A model generated the notes under the pieces. The model saw only the letters and a list, made by a program, of their open reading frames with translations, did no database searches and had not been told where the DNA came from. Below are positions 1-8,015 of a DNA stretch of 64,000 nt, piece by piece. Within the stretch, counting starts at the first letter, position 1. Each line of letters begins with the position of its first letter. Made by a program: the position numbers and the translations under genes. Source of the DNA: Planctomycetota bacterium (GTDB lineage: Bacteria; Planctomycetota; SZUA-567; H5-PLA8). The stretch lies in contig JBBRPR010000009.1 of NCBI GenBank assembly GCA_038227875.1, forward strand, positions 1 to 64,000, read 5' to 3'.

Positions 1-88
1 ACGCCGCCTCGTCAACGAAGAACCTGTCGAACTCGCTGAAGTTGCGCGGGTAGTCCCCGCCGCCAATCGATAACTGCAACTCTCCCAT
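1..88 (-). CDS. IS1595-family transposase, N-terminal fragment
   Basis: Own translation MGELQLSIGGGDYPRNFSEFDRFFVDEAA..., matching the DYPRxxxEFxxxFxxEEAC N-terminus that precedes the IS1595 zinc ribbon. Not in ORF track. Confidence 0.7.
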   Translation of the reverse strand, partial: MGELQLSIGGGDYPRNFSEFDRFFVDEAA

Positions 89-136
89 AGTAAGGGAACG
101 CTATATCCTGGAGCCACTTGCGTAAAGTGGATACCC
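1..136 (-). mobile_element. Left end of a probable IS1595-family insertion sequence, truncated by the window edge
   Basis: Minus strand begins GGGTATCCACTTTACGCAAGTGG at 136, resembling IS1595-type termini, next to AT-rich flank; a transposase-like ORF starts at 88. Right end not in window. Confidence 0.65.
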
Positions 137-210
137 CCCTAGTTTTAGTTTTATTAAGGCGACCGCGATCCGCCCCCGTTATACTTAAAGCCTCACCCCA
201 GAGGATGTGC

Positions 211-1086
211 ATGCAAACAGATCTGATCGTGGAAATCCGGCGGCGCATGCCGCGCTTCAGCGAAGGCCAGGCGCGCATCGCCAAGTTCGTCCTCGAATTC
301 CCCGAGAAAGCGCAGGACATCAGCCTCGCGGAACTCTGCCGCCGCTGCAATACCTCCGAGCCGGTCGTCTTCGCCTTCTGTGCGCTCGTCGGCTGCGAAG
401 GCTACAAAGCATTCAAGACGCGGCTGGCCGGATACCTCGGCGCGCGCGGTGCGCGGGAACAGGCCGACGCCGCCGTCTCCGAAAAGGAACTGACGCTCGA
501 CGCCCGGCCGCGGCAGGTCCTAGCCGCCGTCGCCGCTCTCTACAAGCAGTCCGTGGATGAAACAATCTCAAGCATCGATCCCGATGCGTTCGAAGAGGCT
601 GTCGACGCCGTCGCCGCCGCCGCGCGGGTGGTCTTGTTCGGCGTCGGCATCTCCGGAAACGCCGGCTTCCTGCTCCAGCAGAATTACCTGCGCACCGGCA
701 TCCCAGCGACGTGGGCCAACGATCCCAACTTGTTCTTCACGCATCTGGTGCCGCTGAAGAAAACCGACGTCTGCATCGCTCTCTCCCAGACCGGCAGCCA
801 GCGCGACACGCTCGATGGCATCCGCTTTGCCCGCAAGCGCGGCGTAAAAGTGATCGCGATCACCAGCGATTCGCAGAGCCCCATCGCCACCGAAGCCAGC
901 ATCGTCCTGCTGACCGGACCGGCACCCGTGCGGACGCACACGCATCTCAGCGTCGGCGCGCGCCTGGCGCTCCCCGTGATCCTCGTCGCCGACACGCTGG
1001 CCGTCTGCGTCGGCATGAAGGACAACGAGGGCTTCCAGGAACGCGCCCGCGCCACCGCCGAAGCGATGAAGCCACGCAATTTGTAG
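211..1086 (+). CDS. MurR/RpiR-family transcriptional regulator (HTH + SIS)
   Basis: SLAELCRRCNTSEPVVFAFC...GYKAFK HTH; FGVGISG and IALSQTG SIS motifs; GAGG RBS before ATG 211. Confidence 0.92.
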   Translation: MQTDLIVEIRRRMPRFSEGQARIAKFVLEFPEKAQDISLAELCRRCNTSEPVVFAFCALVGCEGYKAFKTRLAGYLGARGAREQADAAVSEKELTLDARPRQVLAAVAALYKQSVDETISSIDPDAFEEAVDAVAAAARVVLFGVGISGNAGFLLQQNYLRTGIPATWANDPNLFFTHLVPLKKTDVCIALSQTGSQRDTLDGIRFARKRGVKVIAITSDSQSPIATEASIVLLTGPAPVRTHTHLSVGARLALPVILVADTLAVCVGMKDNEGFQERARATAEAMKPRNL

Positions 1087-1261
1087 TCCGGGCGTCTCGC
1101 CCGGTCTGACCACACCCAGGTCATTAAAATCAATATTTCTAAAGAGACATGTGCTCTACCGCGAAGCAATCGCCGCTGCTTCGCGGTAGACGAAATCCAT
1201 CGGACGAATTGCTCTTTCCGCTCGTGCCAAGGTTGGACCGGGCGAGACGCCCGGACTACAA
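1081..1261. repeat. Inverted pair of 26-bp GTAG-type REP-like elements
   Basis: TTGTAGTCCGGGCGTCTCGCCCGGTC (1081-1106) and its exact reverse complement (1236-1261); internal 14-bp hairpin at 1155-1190. Confidence 0.85.
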
Positions 1262-3286
1262 CGGCACCGTCTGCACCTCAATGTTCTCTTTGTTCACCGA
1301 GTAGATGACATAAAGGTTCCCGCGCTCCACGCAGGCGTTGGGATATTCAAAACCCGGTGCCTTATGCAGACCCGAATACCGCGGCTCCACCAGCGGGTTG
1401 AAGCGCAGTGGAAGCATCCGCGTAAACGCGCCGTCGCCGCGCCCGTCGCTCAGCGCCAGGGCCAGCAACTTGCGCTCGAAGCCGGGACTCGGATTGCAGA
1501 TCAGCGCGTTGCACAGCTCGCCGCCGCTCGCCGGTAACTGCAGCGCGAAGAACTTCGCGCGAGCGTCCGTCAGGTCCGTGATCACCGGCGTGGAGAAGGT
1601 ACGCCCGCCGTCGCGGCTTTCGCAGCACCAGATCCGCCGTGACCCGCCGTCGTCGCGCAGCAGCACCCGCAGCGTGCCGTCGGCCAGCGTCAGCCAGGAT
1701 GGTTCGGTCAGTTTGCGCGTCGTCGAACGCGGGGAAAGCGTGACGCGATCCCAGCGCGTGCCCGTGGCATCAGAACTGATCCGCGCCACGGCGTCGTGCC
1801 GGCCGTTGACGCCGACGGTCATCCAGCGTCCGTCGCGCAATCGGCGCGGACCTTCGTTGGCGTAGTAATCGTCGGCGAACAGTCCCAGCGCTTCCCACAC
1901 GCGGCCGTTCCAGCGGTAGAGATCCGTGGCCAGATCTTCCCAGCAGACGCCGGGCGTGCGCTCGCCGTCGACGTACCGCGCGAGCGTGTAACGCGTGCAG
2001 AGCAGGTAGAGTCCATCTTCGCGAGTCCACAGGCCGGCGGCGGTCCAGCGTTCCGGCGCGTCGCTGCGCGCCATCACGTCCTTGGGTTCGCTCCAGGTTT
2101 TTCCGTCCGCCGAAGTGGCGTACTTCACGATCTGCCCCGGGCTGTCTTCGTGCGTCACGCCGCTCGACCACGCCGCGAAAAACGTGCCCTCATGTACGGT
2201 GATGCACGGATGATGCGCGTAGCGGTCGCTCGCGTCCCCCGCGCGGTACAGCGGTGTACCCACCGGCGGCAGCGCGCCTTTGATGCACTCCGCCACCGAC
2301 GTGTTGCGCAGCAGCGGCATCGGCACCGGCGGCGGTGTGACCGGAACACTGACACGGGTCCGCTCGGCAGCGGTGAGCGGCACGTGCAGCGTCTCGCACA
2401 GCGCCGCGACTTCCGCCACGTCCGCTTGATCGAACGGTCGGCGCGGCACGCCGCAGGGCCGGCCGAGCTTCGCCAGCGTTGCTTTGATCAGCGCGATGTA
2501 ATTGCCCGAGGTCTCCAGGCAGCGCGAGGCGGCGGCGAACTGCTCCCGACCCTCGCCGCTTCCCGCCAGCAGCTGGCTGGCAATCGCGGGGAGTAGATTG
2601 GCGGTGCCGTCGATACTCCCATCGGTGCCCGCCCGCTGGAATTCCGGCCACTGGTGCGGCGCGCCGCAGAATATTTTGAACGACGCCGGCACCAGTTCCC
2701 GCAGCCGCTGTACGCGCCCGACCTGCGCAAACGAATCCTTGATGCCCATCAGCTTGCTGCCTGCCAGCGCGGTGACCACGCGCGCGATTCCCTCCGGTTG
2801 CCACGCCACATGGGTGCGCGACGGATTGTGGTAGAGCAGGATGGGCAGATTCGCGTGCTCCACGACTTCGGCGAAATAGCGAAGGAGACTCTCCTCACTC
2901 GGCACTTCGAACCACGGCGTCAGCACCAGCGCCGCCGAGCAGCCGCAGTCGGCGGCGAGATTCACCAGCCGCCGCGCTTCGCGCGTGGTCGTGGCGCCCG
3001 CGCCGGCGACGACAGTGGCGCGCCCCTCACAGACTTTCGCGGCCGTGCGGAACAGCTGCGTGCGCTCCCCGCTCGACAGCGTATGCGCTTCGCCGGTGGT
3101 CCCGGCCACGCAGATTCCGTCCACGCCGGATTCCAGCAGGAATTCCAGGTGCGCCGTGAACGCCGGCAGCGACACGCCTTCTCCGTCGTCAAACGGCGTG
3201 ACTGCCGCGACGATCAGGCCTTTCAACGAAGTCTTCGAGACGGGCTTCGCAGCAGGTTCCAATAGTGATTTCAGAGGCATGGTCAC
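1256..3286 (-). CDS. DapA/NanA-like class I aldolase fused to a BNR/Asp-box sialidase-like propeller
   Basis: GTTGE, LLYHNP and GIKDS aldolase motifs; Asp-boxes SADGKTWS and SRDGGRTFS, plus FEYP near the C-terminus; no signal peptide. Confidence 0.88.
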   Translation of the reverse strand: MTMPLKSLLEPAAKPVSKTSLKGLIVAAVTPFDDGEGVSLPAFTAHLEFLLESGVDGICVAGTTGEAHTLSSGERTQLFRTAAKVCEGRATVVAGAGATTTREARRLVNLAADCGCSAALVLTPWFEVPSEESLLRYFAEVVEHANLPILLYHNPSRTHVAWQPEGIARVVTALAGSKLMGIKDSFAQVGRVQRLRELVPASFKIFCGAPHQWPEFQRAGTDGSIDGTANLLPAIASQLLAGSGEGREQFAAASRCLETSGNYIALIKATLAKLGRPCGVPRRPFDQADVAEVAALCETLHVPLTAAERTRVSVPVTPPPVPMPLLRNTSVAECIKGALPPVGTPLYRAGDASDRYAHHPCITVHEGTFFAAWSSGVTHEDSPGQIVKYATSADGKTWSEPKDVMARSDAPERWTAAGLWTREDGLYLLCTRYTLARYVDGERTPGVCWEDLATDLYRWNGRVWEALGLFADDYYANEGPRRLRDGRWMTVGVNGRHDAVARISSDATGTRWDRVTLSPRSTTRKLTEPSWLTLADGTLRVLLRDDGGSRRIWCCESRDGGRTFSTPVITDLTDARAKFFALQLPASGGELCNALICNPSPGFERKLLALALSDGRGDGAFTRMLPLRFNPLVEPRYSGLHKAPGFEYPNACVERGNLYVIYSVNKENIEVQTVPL

Positions 3287-3335
3287 GCTCCAGGGGATGT
3301 TGGCTCCGGCGACACTTCATGAGCAACAGTCATAA

Positions 3336-3381
3336 TGCATTTAAACTACAGAATCAATAAATTAATTATAGTTTTACTATA
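3336..3381. promoter_or_regulatory. Two candidate RpiR/HexR-type operators in a divergent promoter region
   Basis: 15-bp palindromes TGCATTTAAACTACA (3336-3350) and TATAGTTTTACTATA (3367-3381) in an AT-rich gap. Confidence 0.5.
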
Positions 3382-3429
3382 CTTTCGCGAAAAGCCGGTG
3401 TATCTTCACTGTCCACGGAGGAGCCAGCC

Positions 3430-5583
3430 ATGCACAACAATGCTCGAAACCTCGCCACCGTCCTGTTCGCGATGCTGGCCTTGAACGCCGCAGCTGGGGA
3501 AGGGGACTCTCCGCCGGCGATCAAAGGACCCGACTGGTTCGTCAAAATCAAAACCGACTACACCAGGCCGGTCAAAGATCCCAAGGATCTGCCGCCGCTG
3601 CCCGTGAAGGCGCGCGTTCCGTCGGCGGAATATGGATACGGCACATTCAAATTTACCTGGAACGGTGAAGCCATCGTCTGTGACGAAGTCAATAAGGAAG
3701 CGCTCTTTCTCTGCGGCCACAACGGCGGCATGCCCTTCGGCACGCTGGGATCGTGGGCGTTGTCCGCCGACGGAAAAACGTGGCGCGAACTGAAATTCGC
3801 CTCCGCGCTGCTCGATCCCCTGCGCGAAAAAGCCGTTGCCGCACGCAAACCGGCGAAGGATTGCGAAGGCCTCGCCCGCGGGATTTTCTACGCCGCGCTC
3901 GATGCCTCGAAGGAAGCCGAGGCCATTAAAGGTGAGCCCGCCAAGCGCCTCGCCGAATCCGTCAAACTCGCCGAAGCGCTCAACACGGAACTCAGTTCCG
4001 CCAAGGCCGACGGCTGGGAGAAGGACGCCCTCGCACACGCCAAACCGCTGCTCCAGAAAGCGCTGGCCGCGCTGCAGGAAGCGAAGACCGCGCTCGCCGC
4101 CGGAAAAATCGACGCCGCGACGTTGAAACTCTGCTTCGACGGACAGTGGGCGCTCGACGAAGCCGCCGATTGCCTCGCCAGTTCGCCCACGCCGCGCGAA
4201 GGACCCGCTGCCGCGTGGGATCCGGCGAGCAAAACCGTGGTCCTTTTCGGCGGCAGCCATCACGACTACATGCTCAACGACACGTGGATCTACGATCTCG
4301 CGAAGAAATCCTGGCGCCAGGTCTGGCCGAAGAATGCCCCCACCGCCCGGATGAGCGCCACGTTCGATTGGAACGCCGACCGGAAAACATTCGTGCTCAC
4401 CGGCGGCCTGACGGTGCTCAACAAGATGGTCTACCAGCAGGGCGAAATGCCCGCGCCCGCCGGCGAATTCACGTTCGACCTCAGCAGCGGCGAGTGGCAG
4501 GGCTCCGGCGGCGTGCCGTCCGGCACGCGCATCTACCGCACGATTGTGACGGGCTACAATCCCAACGTGTACGACGCCGCACCCCGCGGCGACGTCAAAG
4601 CCACGGAAGCCTGGTTCGCCGCATTGCCCGCGAATGTCTGGACCAAAGTTCCCGTCCAACCCGCGCTAGCTCCCGAACGCGATTGGGGCACCGCGCGTTA
4701 CGATGCCGACCGCGACCAGATCTACCGCTGGACCGGCGGCCACTGCGCCGATCCGTCGACGATCGTCAGCACGTACCATCCGGCCATCAACCGCTGGAGC
4801 ATCCCCTTCGTCGCGGAGATCATCGGCGGCCGCAAAGGCATGACCTTCAACGGCCGTCCGGATTGCGCCAACCATACGTACAATCACTACGCCTACGATC
4901 CCGTCTCCAAGCGCCTGATCTGCCCCTCGACGGGCGGCACCGGTGTTTACAATCCGGACACCGGAGATTTTGAATTCTCCGTCGACCAGCCCTTCAATTG
5001 CCACATCTACAGCACCTGCTCCTGCGGCACGCCCAAAGGCGTGATCCTCTGGGGCGTCTACGGTCAGACGTGGCTGTTCGACTACAAAGAAAAAGCGTGG
5101 AAGCCCTTCGCCGTCAACGGCAAGCTGCCCTCGCCCGGCTGCGACGCAGCGACCATGTGCTACGACGCCAAGCGCGACGTGGTCTGGATGGACGCTGGCG
5201 ATTACGAGAAGCCCTTCGGCAACATCTGTCGCCTGGACCTGAAGACCAATAAGGTGGAAACGCTGACCCCCGCCAACGCCGACGCGATCGGCAAAGCCAA
5301 AGCGATGAACAACATTCGAGAATCAACCTACGTCGCCAGCGTCGACCTGGTGCTCTTCAACAACCTGATCAACGGCAAAGAAGTCGCCTACGATCCCGCC
5401 AAGAACCGCTGGGTGGTCCTCGCCAACGTCACCGCCAAGCAGGAGCGGCAGGGCTCCGTCAGCGACACACTCAACTTCGACGCCAAGCGCGGCCTGGTCT
5501 GGAATCTGAACTCGTACCAAGCCATCTACGTCCTGAAACTCGACCCCAAAACCCTGGAGCTCTCCGAAACTCCCAACAAGTAA
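3430..5583 (+). CDS. Secreted Kelch-like beta-propeller protein
   Basis: GGAGGAG RBS, signal peptide, VVLFGG...NDTWIYD and repeated YD motifs; helical insert near the N-terminus. Confidence 0.8.
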   Translation: MHNNARNLATVLFAMLALNAAAGEGDSPPAIKGPDWFVKIKTDYTRPVKDPKDLPPLPVKARVPSAEYGYGTFKFTWNGEAIVCDEVNKEALFLCGHNGGMPFGTLGSWALSADGKTWRELKFASALLDPLREKAVAARKPAKDCEGLARGIFYAALDASKEAEAIKGEPAKRLAESVKLAEALNTELSSAKADGWEKDALAHAKPLLQKALAALQEAKTALAAGKIDAATLKLCFDGQWALDEAADCLASSPTPREGPAAAWDPASKTVVLFGGSHHDYMLNDTWIYDLAKKSWRQVWPKNAPTARMSATFDWNADRKTFVLTGGLTVLNKMVYQQGEMPAPAGEFTFDLSSGEWQGSGGVPSGTRIYRTIVTGYNPNVYDAAPRGDVKATEAWFAALPANVWTKVPVQPALAPERDWGTARYDADRDQIYRWTGGHCADPSTIVSTYHPAINRWSIPFVAEIIGGRKGMTFNGRPDCANHTYNHYAYDPVSKRLICPSTGGTGVYNPDTGDFEFSVDQPFNCHIYSTCSCGTPKGVILWGVYGQTWLFDYKEKAWKPFAVNGKLPSPGCDAATMCYDAKRDVVWMDAGDYEKPFGNICRLDLKTNKVETLTPANADAIGKAKAMNNIRESTYVASVDLVLFNNLINGKEVAYDPAKNRWVVLANVTAKQERQGSVSDTLNFDAKRGLVWNLNSYQAIYVLKLDPKTLELSETPNK

Positions 5584-5628
5584 TTCGTGAATCTTCGAAT
5601 AAACGATTACCGTTGCCGTCCCCCCATT

Positions 5629-5903
5629 ATCTTGCACCCATTCACAAGCCAGGGTGCCACTCGTCTGAATCAGTTCTCAGACGAGTGCGAGATGGACACC
5701 GCGTTTGCAATGTAGGTCCCCCTCTCCCCTCCGGGGAGAGGACCGACGCGAGCCCGCCGTTTGGGCGAACGCGGGGTGAGAGGATTCGCGCGATCCGGCC
5801 GAGAAAGACATCGCGTTTGCAATCTGGACCCTAACGCGTCTCATGCAAGTGCGGAGTGTGCCACTGGTGGCAGGCCGTTATGCCACCAGTGCCGACCTCG
5901 CGG
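5629..5903. repeat. Composite REP-like palindrome cluster, copy A
   Basis: Hairpins at 5658-5687, about 5716-5785 and 5856-5891; CGCGTTTGCAAT twice; shares blocks with 6531-6692. Confidence 0.75.
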
Positions 5904-6060
5904 ACATAGCCTGCGGGTTCGTGAAGTGCTGAATACGTCAGGCGCGAGTACCGTTGCAGTACGTGCCGTCACTCGGCCTGGAAGGCCGACCGTGTCGGCT
6001 CATCACTCATCAATCGCCCATCACGTGATCGCGTAGCACGAAACCACCTCCCAGTAGCAA

Positions 6061-6180
6061 TCGCTCATTCGTGCTCATTTACGCTCATTCCTGCTCAAAC
6101 ACGCTCATTTTGAATCATTCCTGCTCATTCGCGCTCATTTGCTCTCATTTGCTCTCATTCCTGCTCAAATTAGCTCATCC
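6061..6180. repeat. Tandem array of twelve 10-bp units, consensus NNGCTCATTY
   Basis: TCGCTCATTC GTGCTCATTT ACGCTCATTC CTGCTCAAAC ACGCTCATTT TGAATCATTC CTGCTCATTC GCGCTCATTT GCTCTCATTT GCTCTCATTC CTGCTCAAAT TAGCTCATCC. Confidence 0.92.
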
Positions 6181-6530
6181 ACCAGATTTCCCTTGATTTT
6201 CAGTGTCGAGAGTTGCTTTATATATAAGGGCACTTTTCACACGACCAATCGAGTCCTCGTCGCTTCCCGATACGGGACATGCGCCATGCGAACTGAAAGA
6301 CAAAATTCTCATAACTCTATAATTTAAAAAATACTTAACTTTTATACACAAATATTCAAGATATTACTTGACTTTTGCATTTCTCAACCGCATAGATATG
6401 TAAAGGAAATCCACAAACCCGCACCACCGCCCAAACGCCCCAGTCTTTTATTACTGCAACCGCACATCCTATCTGCCAGGAAGCCCTCCCCATGAACACC
6501 CCATCCCCAGGCGCACCCACGCCCGGCGCC

Positions 6531-6825
6531 ATCTTGCTCCATTCACAAGTCAGGGTGCCACCCGTCTCGCCGTTGAGACGGGTGCCTGCCCTGAGCATGT
6601 CGAACGGGCGAGAGACGCGCCGCGTTTGCAATTTGGCCCGCAGTTGTGTGCCACTGGTGGCTGGCCGTAAAGCCACCAGTGCCGACCTCGCGAACAAATC
6701 CCGCCCGTCCGAGTCGCCACCCATCGCGCAAGGCGCCCCCGGCCGGGAAGGCCGCCCGTCAATAGCCGAGGGCGGCAGCCCTCGGTCCGGCCGACTCGGA
6801 TGCCCCGCGCCCTGAAAGGGCGCCC
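6531..6825. repeat. Composite REP-like palindrome cluster, copy B, plus further hairpins
   Basis: ATCTTGC-CCATTCACAAG-CAGGGTGCCAC and GTGTGCCACTGGTGGC...GCCACCAGTGCCGACCTCGCG shared with copy A; also CCGAGGGCGGCAGCCCTCGG and GCGCCCTGAAAGGGCGC. Confidence 0.75.
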
Positions 6826-7451
6826 GATTCCCGCTCAACCCTCGCCACGCGCCCAAGCACCAGCATGAACCGTAACCGCACGCGCCCCGCGTACTCAACC
6901 TCTCACGAACCATCCACTTGGATCCGTCCGCCCCCGCATTCCTCCACGCCCCGCCATCCGCCCTCGTAAATGAAAAATGCCCGATGCCCGATGCCCAATG
7001 ACTCCGTAACCGCTCTTTGACAACTCCATACGCCTCACAGCGGACCCCGAGCGCAACGCCGCGCCCGGCCAACCGTGTTGGGTCGTCGCATCCCTGCTCC
7101 GACCGGGCACCTTGGCCGGACGGTCCGCGCGGTACATCAGCGTTGTTGTACGGGAAAACAGTCCAACCCCCGAAACGCGTCGCATTCTGTCATATTTTGT
7201 CGCATTTACCTATGAAGGCGCTGTTGTACTTCAGCGCGAAAATCGAACCCAAATGTTGCCTCCGATCTGATCGCGCTCGGAATACAAATGGGATACAAAT
7301 GCAATTCCGTCGATCTGCCCCATGTTCATTCGCCCTGCCTCTGATATCCCTGTTCCCGGCGGACCGCAGAAATTTGAAAACTTTTTTCACCCCGGTCCAC
7401 GAAATTCCCCGTCGGTGTCGTACGGAGTGTAGAAAGAGGGATTCTCCACCA

Positions 7452-8015
7452 GTGTCGATTACGACCTCCTGCAACCAGATCCAGCGCGCCCACGAAGGCT
7501 CCGGCATTCCCGAGCAGTATTGGGAACTGGCCTCGCAGTACCGTGCCGAGCTGATTGCGCAGGCCTGCGGGATTCTCGGCAGCCGCGACGACGCGGAAGA
7601 CGTGGTCCAGGAAACGTTCTACGAAGCCTTCCGCGACGTCTCCAAGCTTTCCCCGGAATCCCTGGGCAGTTCCCTGCGCCTGATCAACCGCTCCAACGCG
7701 CTGGACCGACTGAAGACCCGCGGCCGGGCCCGGCAGCGCGATCAGCGGTCGATCACGCGCTCCTTCACCACCGGCGGCTTCAGCGGCATCGAGTTGCGTG
7801 AGACCGTCGAGGCCGCGCTGCTGACGCTGCCGGAAAATCTGCGCGCGGTCGTGCGGCTCCGCTACTTCGAACATCTCTCGTACAAAGAGATCTCCGAACG
7901 CTTGAAGATTCCCATGGGCGCCGTCGGCCCGCTGCTCTCGCAGGCCGGCCAGAAGCTCTACACCCATCTCGTGCCAACAGCACCTACCGACACCGGAACA
8001 GGAAACCCGTCATGA
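7452..8015 (+). CDS. ECF RNA polymerase sigma factor
   Basis: DAEDVVQETF (sigma2) and LRYFEHLSYKEISERL (sigma4); start moved to GTG 7452 after AGAGGG. Confidence 0.9.
   Translation: MSITTSCNQIQRAHEGSGIPEQYWELASQYRAELIAQACGILGSRDDAEDVVQETFYEAFRDVSKLSPESLGSSLRLINRSNALDRLKTRGRARQRDQRSITRSFTTGGFSGIELRETVEAALLTLPENLRAVVRLRYFEHLSYKEISERLKIPMGAVGPLLSQAGQKLYTHLVPTAPTDTGTGNPS

Noticed and set aside
6061..6180. CRISPR array
   Set aside because: 10-bp units with no spacers and no cas genes in the window.
5613..7185. ORFs across the repeat region (e.g. 6356..7072 -, 6492..6815 +)
   Set aside because: They translate palindromic repeats, with no domain signal or RBS.
7017..7451. N-terminal extension of the ECF sigma in the ORF track
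   Set aside because: Reads as promoter DNA; the RBS and domain start fit GTG 7452.
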